64,000 nucleotides of DNA from Felis catus (Eukaryota). Where the stretch lies: the NCBI RefSeq assembly GCF_018350175.1, contig NC_058369.1:4280001-4344000 (forward strand), in the 5' to 3' direction. This document shows, piece by piece, positions 1 through 11,295 of the stretch. Made by a program: the position numbers and the translations under genes. Position 1 is the first letter of the stretch; each line of letters starts with the position of its first letter. The notes under the pieces are model-generated. The model was not told the DNA's origin, did no database searches, and saw nothing but the letters and a program-made list of their open reading frames with translations.

Positions 1-999
1 GGTCCCGGCGCGGGTGGGCGGGGGTGCGCATGCGTCGTGAAACACCTACTGTGTGCACTCAGGGCGGACTTGCCTAGGCGATCCCAGCAGGGAGTCCTCG
101 GTGCCCTAACGGGGGTGGGGGTGGGGGTGAGCTCAGGGCACTGTGGTGGCCCAGAGGGTGCACACCTGCGCCGCCCGGGGCTGGGGAGTATGAGCAGCCA
201 CAGAAGGCTTCCACGGGGAGGCGCCCTCCAGGCGGAGACTGGGAGGGGAATGGGGGGCTGGGAGGAGGAGGGGAAGAGAATATTCTGGGAGGAAGGACCA
301 GCTTGTGCGAAGCCTGGGGGTGGGTCGAGTGCAGCTGTGGTCCATGGATGCCCCTTCTGGGCATCAGTTTATGTGTCTGGGTGGGGGGGACCCGGGCTCA
401 GAGAGGGACAGGAAGTCACTCCCAAGGACCTCACTAGGTGAGGAAGTCTCAACCCCAGGGATCCTGCCTCCTAGAACGTGCTGTAAATCACCAAATCTCC
501 ACCACACCCTGGTCCCACAGTGCCCCCTGCTGGGAGTGGCCTCCCCTGCTTCCAGTCTTCCCCCAGGCTCACTGGGCTCCGCCCACCCCAGCCTCCCGGG
601 TGCTTTGGCCAACCTCAGTCCAGCCTCAGGACTTTTGCACAGGCTGTTCCCCCGCCTGCGATGCCATTCTCTTCTGCCTGGCCAACTCCTACTATCGTTC
701 AAGTCTCAGCTTTCCACACTCCTCAGGGGAGCACTGTGGGACCCCCCAGGTGGGGGTGGTTCCCCCGTTCCCCCTGGCACCCCGCCCACCCCTTTCCTTG
801 GCAGCATTTTTCACAACCTTGTTCAGTGGCTCCTAGATGAATCATTTCTAAATGTTATATCTGATCATTAAGCAGAAGTGGTTTGAAATCAGGGGCCCCA
901 CCATGTCCCCGGTGTCTGGCCCAGTGCCCCGTGCCCGTTTGTCGCCTGAAAGACGGACGGAGGCCATGTGGCTGCCCATCCCGTGCCCGCAGGCCGAGT

Positions 1000-1168
1000 A
1001 TGCAGCGCTGGAAGGCGGCAGCCTTAGCCTCGGTGCTCTGCAGCTCCGTGCTCTCCATCTGGATGTGTCGGGACGGCCTGCTCCTCAGCCACCGCCTGGG
1101 ACCCGCGCTGTCCCCACTGCGCCGGCCACCTCGCACCCTGGACGCCCGGATCGCCCGTCTGGCCCAGT
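1000..1168 (+). CDS. NRTN: Neurturin coding exon 1 (signal peptide and pro-region); CDS join(1000..1168,3804..4228), 197 aa
   Basis: ATG at 1000 gives MQRWKAAALASVLCSSVLSIWMCRDGLLLSHRLGPALSPLRRPPRTLDARIARLAQ; donor CAGT|GTAAGC at 1169; joined CDS is 594 nt and in frame. Confidence 0.96.
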
Positions 1169-2360
1169 GTAAGCCCCTCCCCGTCGCGGGTCAGATGGCG
1201 GGATCCAGGGGCGGGCACAACAGTGGAATTTCCGGCAGGGGCCACGGAGGCTTATTTAGATGGGGTGTAGGGGGTGCCAGTCTTCCCAGCGGCCTGGCAG
1301 GGGTGGCATGGGGCGGGGGTGGTGGCTGAGAACCAGGTGGCGGGGGGTCTCTTGGCTCAGCTGTCATAAGGAATTAGGCTCTGGCCCCGAGGGGACCAAG
1401 GGACCAGATGGAGATTAGACCTGGGCGTCGGGCCCGGAGGCCCCCACCGCACAGCGGGGAGTGTGCGGAGACGGAGGCTGCACCCGAGTCCCCACTGACC
1501 TGCCCGGTGGACAGAGACCAAGCGGAGGGGGAGACACGAGAGACCTAGAACTGGGGAGAGAAACAGAGGCATAAAGGCTCAGAGACAAAGAGACAGGAGT
1601 TGGGAGAGATGACATACTAGAAGGCGGGGGATGCAGACTTGAAATACGGCCTCCCCCCCCCCCCCCCGGAGGGGCGTGGCCCCCACGGCCCAACTTCCCA
1701 CTCCTTCCAGGCACCTGCCCTGTGCCCTCCTGCCAGGCATGGGCCGGGCATGGGTCCCACCTCTTGTGTGCGCACGCGCGCACGTGTCCACGCGGAGCCG
1801 CGCGGGTGACCGAGGTGTACGTCTGGGCGCGTGCAACGGGCCTGTGGGTGGGGCGACGGGCACGCCTGCGTGCAAGTCCTCGCCGGCCCTGTGGGCCCAC
1901 ACAATCCTCCTTTCTTGTGCTTACAATGGACAAGGGTAGCCGGCGGCACGGGCTCCACTTCCGTCGGCCGCTTGGCCGCTTCTTCCTGCGGCGTCAAAGA
2001 ACTTCCAGGACACGGGTCCCAGACACCCCGGATGAGGCCCCAAAACGCTAGTGTTCCAGAACCCGAGGGCACAACACCCATGGTGAAATCTCAGGCACCG
2101 GGAAGGGGCTCGGTCCGTGGGCCGGTGATTTCCTCCCTGGACCCCGTCCCTGGGCACAGCCCTCCTAAGGGAAGCGAGTGACCACGGACTCCCCTCAGAG
2201 CCCCAGTGTTAGGCCCCGAGACCAATGCGCTGATGGTGAAATTTCACGGTTGGGGCGGTGGGAGGGGGAAGGGCAGAAGCTGCTGCTGACCTCACCCCTA
2301 TGTTCCAGCCCCTGTACCGGTGGCCAGGCCTGCTGGAGGGAGGCAGGGCAGCAACACCAA

Positions 2361-2425
2361 GAGATTATTCACTGTTTATCTGAAATTCAAATTTAACTGG
2401 GCATCCGTGCTTTATCTGGAAAACT
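2361..2425. mobile_element. MER53-like hAT DNA transposon fragment
   Basis: ttattcactgtttatctgaaattcaaatttaactgggcatcc resembles the MER53 terminal arm (from memory). Confidence 0.55.
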
Positions 2426-3803
2426 CTCTAAATGTATACCTTAGGGCTGGGCACAACACGGTGGAATTTTAGGCAGCATTAAGTGAGGCAGGCCTGAACC
2501 TGACCCCAGAGCCCCCCCAGTCCTGCCCTGGACTTCAGGAACTGGATACATGATGCTCATTGGATCCACGCTTTCCACTGTCCAGCCTCAGCCAAAGCAG
2601 GGACCCTACGAGCCTCCTTGAGCAGAAGGGGACACTGAGGCCCGGAGCAGGGCCATCACCTACCTGAGTTGTACAGGGCTGAAAGTGGCAGAACTAGGGT
2701 TTGACTCCTGAGACACCCCCCCCCCCCACCGTGGGAACAGACAGACTCTCCCACTTGGGCCACGCCGTAAGCTATTTCTTTGGGAGCCGGGGGGGGGGGG
2801 GGCCGGCCTGGGGGCCCTTAGGGGGCTAAACTCAGGATCTCTTTTCCCAACCACAAGTATGAGGCCGCCTGCGGAGGGCTCGGGAACCCCTCCCTGCAGT
2901 CCCACAGTCCGCACCACCTGCCACGTCTGTACTTCTGTCCTGAGGCTGCAGGGTACTGGGGCAGGCCCGGCCGCTTGGGAAATCAATTTAGGCTACGGGG
3001 CCCTGGGAATCGGTGACTCGGGGCACCTCCCGGCGACCGTGGGAGAAGAGGACTGGATGGGGGCCAAACTTGGGCACACGATGGAGGCGGGAAGAAGGCT
3101 GTTTGGGCTTGTCTGTGTCTCTGCCACCTGCTAACAGTGTGGCCTTAGGCAAGTCTCTGTCGGGTTGGATGCTCAATTTCCTTACCTGTACCACGGGGGT
3201 GGCTGTGACATTAGGTGGTGCCACGCGCAAGGCCTCACATGCAGGCCTGCTGCTCCTCTGCTCCTGCTGAAGCCCAAACTTCTGACTCAGTACTGTGGAT
3301 GGAGAAACTGAGTCCCACCACGCCGTGGAACAGGAGGAACGGGGCGGCGGGCGGGGGGGGGGGGCATTTGGGGGTGGACCCCAAAGAGTGACGTAGAGAC
3401 TCGTTAACAGCTCAACCAAGGGTGAGCGGTTGAAGCCTGGTGTGGAGCTCCCCAACACTGGTCAGAAAGGGTGTGCCGGTTCCCCGGGACAGCCCAGCAT
3501 AGGGGTGGGGCCAGCGGGGGACCCAATCAGGGACAGGGATTTGGCCCAGGATACCCCCCCACAGCTGAGTGCTCCCTTCCTTCCCTGCCAAGAGGAGGGA
3601 GCAGCTCTGTGAAAGGGAAAAAGTCCCAGTGCAACGGTGCTTAGGGACAAGGTGCACAGAGAGGGTGGAGGGGGTGGGGGGTGGGGGGATGCGACAGCTG
3701 CGCCAGCGCCCCAGCGCGGGGCTGTTTTTGCCGGGGAACAGCGAGGGTCCGGCGCGCCCCCCCCCCCCCAGCCACCCGCTGACGCAGCCCTTTGTCCCCG
3801 CAG

Positions 3804-4228
3804 ATCGCGCACTGCTGCAGGGCGCCCCGGACGCGGTGGAGCTGAGCGAGCTGACGCCCTGGGTCGGAAGGCCCCCGCGTCCGCGCCGTCGGGCGGGGCC
3901 CCGGCGGCGGCGCGCGCGTGCGCGGTCGGGGACGCGGCCGTGCGGGCTGCGCGAGCTCGAGGTGCGCGTGAGCGAGCTGGGCTTGGGCTACGCGTCCGAC
4001 GAGACGGTGCTGTTCCGCTACTGCGCAGGCGCCTGCGAGGCGGCGGCGCGCGTCTACGACCTGGGGCTGCGGCGGCTCCGCCAGCGGCGGCGGGTTCGGC
4101 GGGAGCGGGTGCGCGCGCAGCCCTGCTGCCGCCCGACGGCCTACGAGGACGAGGTGTCCTTCCTGGACGCGCACAGCCGCTACCACACGGTTCACGAGCT
4201 GTCGGCGCGCGAGTGTGCCTGCGTCTGA
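3804..4228 (+). CDS. NRTN: Neurturin coding exon 2 (furin site and mature GDNF-family cystine-knot domain)
   Basis: Acceptor tttgtccccgcag|AT; RRRRAR cleavage motif, then PCGLRELEV...FRYCAGAC...PCCRP...ECACV* with the seven-Cys TGF-beta/GDNF pattern. Confidence 0.97.
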
Positions 4229-4350
4229 CCCTACCTCACCGGCGCCGGCGCGACGGCGCCCACCGTCCCGCCGGGCAGGCCCCGCGGCCGCAGACTGCCC
4301 CTGCGCAGACGATGCCGTCGAGGCCCCAGGACTGTCCGATACCCGCTCCA

Positions 4351-4356
4351 GATAAA
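4351..4356 (+). terminator. Candidate non-canonical poly(A) signal (GATAAA) of NRTN
   Basis: First poly(A)-like hexamer after the stop (about 120 nt downstream); GT-containing sequence follows. Confidence 0.45.
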
Positions 4357-5892
4357 GTGTGGAAAGCGGAGCGTGCGTCGTGATTCCGCGTGCCGGGGGT
4401 GCCCACCTCTCCGAGGGACCCGAGGGCGGGGGGGAGAAGGCGCCAGCTGCGCTGGGAATGGGGGCGGGGGCGGGCTCCACCTGCTGGATGGTGGGAGGAT
4501 CCCGTGGGCTTTGGGAGAAAGGAGGTGGACAAGAGGGTCCTCCTCCCGTGGGACAAAGAGCCGAGTGGGGCGAGTGGGGGCAACGTCGGCCGGGACCGTC
4601 CTTCCCACTCGCCTGCAGGTCCCCGGGCCCCTTCCCCGACGTGTCCCTCGTCCGCCGCCCCGTCAGGCGAGCTTGTGGGTGGGAAGAGAGAGCCCAAGGC
4701 GGATGACGAGTCCGAGGTCCAGGTGGACCCGGCCTCCCTCCCCTAAAGGGCCTCCTCAGGCCGGTGGGCCCCCACCGGAGGGAACCGAGCACTATCTCCT
4801 TCACTAGCTAAAAATATATGCGCGCTGCCCATCTCCCTGTGGGGATAGGTCTGGGGCGGGCGCCAGCCCTGTCCAGCCCGAATCCGGCGCCTGCCCGGGC
4901 AGAGCGGGTCCCGGGGGACGTAGGTCCTGGGCCCATAAAAGCCCTGGCCGGAGCTCCGGGGGGATTTAACGACGCGTCCCCTGGGAGGACAGAAAAAGCC
5001 CGGCGCGCTGTTGAGGTTTGCCCGCGGTGTCACCTTGATGCTTGGCAAGCCTGGGACACCCCAGGGTGTTGGGTTCCCAGACGGTAGGGAGGGGTGGGGG
5101 TCCCAGGCTTGGAGGAGGGCAGGGCAGGGGGCGGGTGCTGGGCCCCTACACTGGCACCCTGGACCAGAGGGCGTGGACCGTGGCCTCCTGGACCTCCCAG
5201 TGAGGTTCTGGAGGGGCAGCCCCCTCCCCACCCCAGACAGCCTTCCTGAGGATGTGCTGCCCTCTCCTCTTCCCTCACCCCCAGCTCCACCGAGGCTTCC
5301 TAGGGCACAGCCCCTTCCCTCCTTCACTCTTCCCGGAGACGGGCCCTGTCCTCTCCCACACAGCAGAGCGCAGGACCACCTTCTAACACCATGTCCCTCC
5401 CAGACCCAGTCCCGTATCCCGAAGCTGGAGGGACCAAATCAGAAGGTGCCCCAGGAAGGTTCATCCAGCCCAGCAGGAACATCCCTAGTTCCCTGCTGCC
5501 CAGGTCGCCAGCTGCAGCTGGCCACACTGAAGGCAGCTAACGGGCAGGACTGCCAGGGGCCCCGAGGGCAGGGCGGGCAGCCAGGCCCCAGCCCATGGGT
5601 GGTCTGCCTGGAAGGAAGTCTCAGAGCTGAGGCTGGATGGGGTCCCCGCCCACCCGTGCAGTCTTCTGGCTCTGAGGTTTGGGGTGGTGGATTCCTGTTA
5701 GTTTGGGCTGACTCAGCTCAGCCGTGGCAGAGAAGCAGCCGGGGTCCCTATCTGCTTGGAGCAGAAGCCAAGCCTCAGTTTCCCCGTCCCAGATGGCCTT
5801 GAGCCACAGAGACAGAAGGTGCTCAGCCCAGGATCCATAGTGGGAAAATCGACCTTGGAGCCCAGGTCTGTGGCCCCTGAAGCCAGATGACC

Positions 5893-5894
<2 letters not shown>

Positions 5895-5929
<35 letters not shown>
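5895..5929. repeat. (GT)n microsatellite
   Basis: Directly visible dinucleotide run. Confidence 0.95.
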
Positions 5930-5930
<1 letters not shown>

Positions 5931-6499
5931 ACGCGCGTGTGTGTGGATGGAGGAGCGAGTGTGTGCATCCTGTCGGGACCTCCTGGCACCTCGGTTCCTC
6001 ATCTCCCACTCAGTTCCAGGATCCCAACCACAGGGCGCTGGCCCAGACCACCAGAGAATTGGAACATATACCCGACAGCCCCCACAGATCCCTGGGGCTG
6101 GGTTCCCTGTAGTGCACACGCACACACGCACACACACACGCACGCACTGAGACTGGGCACCTACATGGGGCTCGGCAGAGCTGATCACACACAGACGCCC
6201 GGCCCTCCCACATGCGTTCAGTCGTCACGGTCAAGACTGCACGCTACGAGTGACACCTCAAGGTCACCGCTCATCTGTAAAGCACATGGGGTCTGGCTTT
6301 CGCCCACACACAGCGGGGACACTCACGCCAATGGTCACGCTCCCCGCCCCGCATGGTCGCCACATGTCACACAAGCCCGCCTGACTACTCGCACGGCACC
6401 ACACCCGCCCCTCCCCCCTCCTTCGCCGGACAGCCCCTGGCCCCCAGTGACCCCCCCAGGCAGCCTGGTCCCCACTCCCCACTGCCTGATGGGCTTGAC

Positions 6500-6710
6500 C
6501 TCGGGGGCTTTTCCCTCTTGTGACATCCGGGACCAGGCCATTCGTGGTTGTGGGGGATGTCCTGGGCACCCTAGGCTGTTGCACAGCATCCGTGGCCCCC
6601 CACCCACTCGAGGCTATCGCCCCATCTCCAGCTGTGACAGCCACAAGCCTCACGGCACCTGGCCGAGTGTGCCCTGGAGGGCAGAGCCACCCTGGGGTGG
6701 GAGCCGCTGT
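6500..6710. mobile_element. Diverged MER20-like hAT-Charlie element downstream of the FUT stop
   Basis: tgtgggggatgtcctgggcacc...cagcatccgtggcccc..cacccactcgagg...tgtgacagccacaa pattern typical of MER20. Confidence 0.55.
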
Positions 6711-7109
6711 TGTAAAAGAAGGGAGAAGACCTCGGTTTTCCCATCTGGAGTCTGGTGCCAATATTGCCCACCTGCCACCCCACAGGCGGTTAACAACAGC
6801 AAGGGCAACCACAAGCGAACCCAGCAGAACCGCGTCCAGCGGCCGGGACCCCCAGGCCGGTTCCCCAGGGCCTGAGTGCCTTCGTGGGTGGGGTCCCCAG
6901 CGGGTGAGGCTCCTGGCAAGTGGGTGAGACCCCCCGGCGGGGGCGGGGGGGAGGCCCCTGGCAGGAAAGGTGGCCCGGGCCGGTCTCCCGGCAGCAGAGG
7001 TGGCCAGCGGGTGAAGCGCCAGCTAAGCGAGCTCCCCGGCCCCCCGCGTCCCGGCAGGTGTGTCCCCAGGGGTGTGGTGTGGGGCGACCCCCGCCCCGGC
7101 CCGGCCGGC

Positions 7110-8261
7110 TCACGTGAACCAGGCAGCTATGCTGGGCACAGTCTGGTAGGTGGAGTCCTGCTGCAGCCTCCGGCAGGCCTTGCAGAACATCAGGGCCCAA
7201 CTGAATGACCGAGGCCGCAGCGTCTCCCTCCAGCGGAAGTAGCTCAGGTAGCGGGCGTGGTCCTTGTCCAGCGCCTGCAGGTACCGGCCCAGTTCCTCGG
7301 CGCTCTGGAAGTCGTGGACGTGGATGAAGGCGTCGGGGGGCAGGAACTGTTCGTAGTCACTCCTGCTGGGGCCCAGCACCACGGGCACGGCCCAGGCTTC
7401 TAGGGCGTTCCGCCACAGCTTCTCGGTGATGTAGTCGGGGTGCAAGGAGTTCTCGAAAGCCAGGTAAAACTTGTACCGGGACAGCTGCTGGGCCATGGCC
7501 TTCTCCGGCAGCGGCTTGTGGGAGCGCCCATACACGTCCACTTGGACGTGAGCTTTCAGCAGGTGGTAGTAACGCACCCTGGCTGAGTCTTCCCTCCAGT
7601 TGGACACCACCCAGGCCACCAGCTCCGTCTTGGCCGAGACGTTGACCACCGTGGAGGCCGGCTGGCCGGGCCACGGCTCCAGCCAGCCATAGGGTGTGAA
7701 GATGTCCGAGTCTCTGCGGTAGGACATGGTGAGGTTGAAGTATCCGTCCAGGGCCTTCAGTTGTGCGCAGTGGCTGGGCGATTCCATGCTGTACCAGACC
7801 CAGCGCTGGCCCGGCGGCCGTGGGGATGTGGGGAGCTGCTTCCTCGGGTCGTAGCTGACCTCGCGGTGATGCACCAGCACCGCGTCCGCCTGAGGGTACG
7901 CGCTGCGGTCCGCAGTCAGCCGGCAGTCGGCCGTGCCCGGCCACAGCTCCGAGCAGCGGGACAGAGGCACGGGGTGGTTGAATGGCCATGTCCACAGCAG
8001 GAGCACCAGGGGCGGGCGGGCAGAGGACCCAGGGGGGGTCGGGCAGGGCGCCCCCTGGGAGGACACCATCCCTGAGGACCCGTTGGGAGCCGCGTCGAGA
8101 GCTTCTGCCGCATCGGCCCCCGACCTGGCGGACCACAAGGGCGTGTCTTGGGACACTCGCAGGTAAGAGAAGAAGCACAGAGCCAGAAACAGTTGCAGCA
8201 GCAGCCCAAGGAGACACTGTTGCCAGGGCCATCGGGTCTTGGTCCAGCCGAGTGCATCCAT
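7110..8261 (-). CDS. FUT6: Alpha-(1,3)-fucosyltransferase, GT10, FUT3/FUT5/FUT6 (Lewis) clade, single-exon CDS, 383 aa, FUT6-like
   Basis: Type II membrane anchor ([18 protein letters not shown]), [49 protein letters not shown]-terminal IAAWFT; acceptor ctcctcccag 12 nt before the ATG (exon starts 8273). Symbol is tentative: probably co-orthologous to human FUT3/5/6. Confidence 0.93.
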   Translation of the reverse strand: MDALGWTKTRWPWQQCLLGLLLQLFLALCFFSYLRVSQDTPLWSARSGADAAEALDAAPNGSSGMVSSQGAPCPTPPGSSARPPLVLLLWTWPFNHPVPLSRCSELWPGTADCRLTADRSAYPQADAVLVHHREVSYDPRKQLPTSPRPPGQRWVWYSMESPSHCAQLKALDGYFNLTMSYRRDSDIFTPYGWLEPWPGQPASTVVNVSAKTELVAWVVSNWREDSARVRYYHLLKAHVQVDVYGRSHKPLPEKAMAQQLSRYKFYLAFENSLHPDYITEKLWRNALEAWAVPVVLGPSRSDYEQFLPPDAFIHVHDFQSAEELGRYLQALDKDHARYLSYFRWRETLRPRSFSWALMFCKACRRLQQDSTYQTVPSIAAWFT

Positions 8262-9391
8262 GGGTCAGAGCAGCTGGGAGGAGGGGGGAGTGGAGACGGC
8301 ATCGTTGATAACAAAGGAGACAATCGTGGGTCACCAGCGTGTCAGCCAGGTGACGTACGTGAGTCCTGAGGCTGGCACTGTTGTTACCTGTATTCTGCGG
8401 TTGAGGAAACTGAGGCCAGGTGACTCAGAGGGAGACAGCGGCATCGCCGGTGTCCCAGCAGACAGCGCCTGGCCCTGAGCCCAGTGTCTCCAGCCACCTG
8501 GCCGCATAACCTATGTGGGGAGGGGTCCCAGGGAGGTGGCATTGGTCCCAAGGGCCCTCAGGTCCCACCTTGACCCTGCCCTTCCCATAGTGTCCCAGCC
8601 TCTTCCCCAGTGCCCTGGAGTGGAGGCTTGAACCTGGGGATCTGTCCAGGAGGGGTACAAAGGGCTTGGGTTTGAAGGTTAGGCGAGAGCTCGCCAGGTA
8701 GAGTAGAGCTTCGGGCACAGGGCGTTCCTGGCTCCTGGCCAAAGCAACAGCCAATCCTGAGGTCTGCCGTGAACGGGGAGCGTGGCCGGTTTGTGAGGAG
8801 AGCAAAGGAAGTGCTTAGAGGTGCCAGCGTGAACCTGATGTTGGATTTACTCAGTGTTTCTTTCAGTAGTGCTCCGAGATAGCCCCTCTGGTCCCGTGCT
8901 GGGGGGTCCCGCCCGCGTCCCTGCATTCCCGGATCCTTCCTGTGCCCGCCTGTGGTCACAAAGTCCTCCCAGACCGCAGACCCCAGACCCCAACCGCTAG
9001 AGCAGAAATCTAGAACCTTGTCTCTGCCCCAGCAACCTCCTTCAGCCCAGCCCCTCCCGTCCCCCGTTTTAGATGAGAAAACTGAGGCTTGGAGAGACTG
9101 ATGCATGTCTCGCCCAAGTACACTGAGCCACAGGCATCATGACCCAGAGCCCAAACTCTCCCTCTCGACATAACCCCCAACGTGTCCCCCACTCTGTCCA
9201 CACATCAGGCACTGTCAGCAGGGCCCTCTGCCATCGGGGCAACGCTCTGTGTTTGCAGCCTCTGATCCAGTGGCCGCCAGCCCCGTAATGCTATGGAGCC
9301 TTTGAAATGTGGCCGTCGTGTCTGAGGAACAGAGTCTTTAACGCTAATTTCAATTGAAAAAGTGAGTCAAAAACTGCTTCAAAACAAAGTA

Positions 9392-9499
9392 GGGGCGCCT
9401 GGCTGGCTCGGTTAGTAGAGCAGGCGACTCTTGATCTCAGGGTCGTGCGTTCGACCCCGTGTTACGTGCAGAGGTGATTTTAAAAAATCTTTTAAAAAA
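9392..9499 (+). mobile_element. Short old tRNA-Lys-derived CAN-SINE
   Basis: ggggcgcctggctggctcggttagtagagc...gactcttgatctcagggtcgtgcgttcgaccc followed by an A-rich tail. Confidence 0.8.
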
Positions 9500-9503
9500 T
9501 GCT

Positions 9504-9721
9504 TATTTATTATTTAACGTTTATTTATTATTGAGAGACAGAGAGACACAGAGCGTGAGCAGGGGAGGGGTAGAGAGAGAGGGAGAGACAGAATCCAAAG
9601 CAGGCTCCAGGCTCCCAGCTGTCAGCACAGAGCCCGACAGCAGGGCTTGAACCTGTGAACCGTGAGATCGTGACCTGAGGCTAAGTCAGACGCCCAACTG
9701 ACTGAGCCACCCGGGCGCCCC
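9504..9721 (-). mobile_element. Felid CAN-SINE (SINEC_Fc type)
   Basis: Reverse-complement tRNA-like head, (GA)n stretch and T-rich tail. Confidence 0.92.
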
Positions 9722-9772
9722 TTGTCTCTCTACTCTTTTTAATACAGCTGGTAGAAAATTAAAAAAATTACA

Positions 9773-9978
9773 GGGGCGCCCGGGTGGCTCCGTCGGTTAA
9801 GCAACCGACTTCAGCTCAGGTCATGATCTCCCGGTTGGTGAGTTCAAGCCCGGTGCTGGGCTCTGTGCTGACAGCGCTCGGAGCTTGGAGCGCCTTTCGG
9901 ATTCTGTGTCTCCCTCTCTCTCTGCCCCTCCCCCGCTCCTGCTCTGTCTCGCTCCTCCAAAAATAAACAAACATTAAA
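9773..9978 (+). mobile_element. Felid CAN-SINE
   Basis: ggggcgcccgggtggctccgtcggttaagc...(CT)n...aaataaac. Confidence 0.92.
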
Positions 9979-10074
9979 CAATGTAAAACAAAATTATGCA
10001 TGTAGCACAGCAGCTCCGTGGCCGCTCAGAAACCTCGAGCTAGTTGCCTTTGCAGCCAGCAGTCCTTACTCCCT

Positions 10075-11000
10075 GAGGTCTGCAAAAAAGAACTGAAAAC
10101 GGGGACTCAAATATTTGTACACCTGTACTCCTAACAGCATGATTCACCAACACCGTAATTTGGAAACAACCCAGATGTTCTCTGAGGGATGAATGGGTAC
10201 ACAAAATGAGGCCCATCCTCACCAGGGAATGTTAGTCTCAAAAGGAAGGATATTCTGAGACCTGCCAGTAGTGTAACGAACCTCGAGGGCACTGCCCTTC
10301 TCTTGTAAGAGAAGCCGGACATAGATTCCGCGATCCTACTTCCACGAAACATGGAGAATAGGCAAATTGAGAGGGACAGAAAGCAGATTACAGATTACCA
10401 GGGGTTTGGGAGGGTGGAAAGGGAGCCCGGAGTCTTTGCTACCTGGGATAGAGTTTCTATTTGGAGTGACAATAAAGTTTTGTAAATCGATGTGTTGGCT
10501 GCCCTGCCGTTGTGAACCGCACGCTTGAAAATGGTTAAAACAGCACATTTTAAGTCAGGTACCTTTTGCCACAATTTCTAACATGATGTAACATTTTGAC
10601 AGGCAATGTTACATTTTAATGTTTATTTATTTATCTTTGAGGGAGAGAGAGAGAGAGAGACAGGGACCCTTAACAGCCAGAACCACCAGGGCGCCCCTAT
10701 TTTAAAATGTAACATCTGGGGGGGGGGGTGGTTCTTGAGTGGCTCAAACATCAGACTTTAGCTCAGGTCATGATCTCACGGTTCGTGCGGCGGTTCGTGC
10801 ATCGGCCTCTGTGCTGATGGCTCAGAGCCTGGAGCCTGCTTTGGATTCTGTGTCTTCCTCGCTCGCGCTGCCCCTCCCCCACTAGCACTCTGTCTTTCTC
10901 TCTCTCTCTCTCAATAAATAAACATTAAAAAAAAGTCATAAAATGAGGTTAACTATCAAATTGTACACCTCAGATGGGTGAATCGTACTGGGTGTGAATT
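10075..11000 (+). mobile_element. Old L1M 3' end fragment interrupted by two SINEs (about 10614-10697 minus, internally deleted; 10718-10935 plus)
   Basis: gcatgattcacc..tggaaacaacccagatgttc...ggcaaattgagagggacagaaagcagatta...ttgtacacctcagatgggtgaatcgta, typical of an L1MB/ME 3' UTR. Confidence 0.7.
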
Positions 11001-11295
11001 ATAGATCAGTGAAGCTGTTTCAGAAAATGTCCTCGGTGGCTGGCGGGCCAGTGCTCCCCGGGGAAGGGGGGGGTGGTAAAGCTGTCGGGGCAGCGTGTGG
11101 CACCTGGCAGGTGGCCTTGAATGATGGAAAGGAGTGGAGTGCAGAATCACGTATTTGTGCCAACACTTCTGGAAGGGAACCCAGCACACAGGCTTTTCAG
11201 GAGATAGCCGAGACAGGACTGGGAAAGGGACAGAGCTTTGCCCATATGCTGCCGTGCGTCTCAGGGCTTCTGGCCCTGCACCAAAGGTTAATACG

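Noticed and set aside
3641..4804. 387-aa antisense ORF over NRTN exon 2
   Set aside because: Shadow frame of extremely GC-rich coding DNA; low-complexity product with no recognisable domain
5011..6875. Long ORFs of 263 and 326 aa between NRTN and FUT
   Set aside because: Non-ATG starts, a microsatellite and MER20 inside the second, no domain similarity that I recognise
7357..8334. 325-aa alternative-frame ORF overlapping the FUT CDS
   Set aside because: Starts at a non-ATG codon upstream of the splice acceptor; composition typical of a shifted GC-rich frame
9392..9470. tRNA-Lys-like sequence (also at about 14524 and 37424)
   Set aside because: Degenerate stems and an A-rich tail mark these as CAN-SINE heads, not tRNA genes
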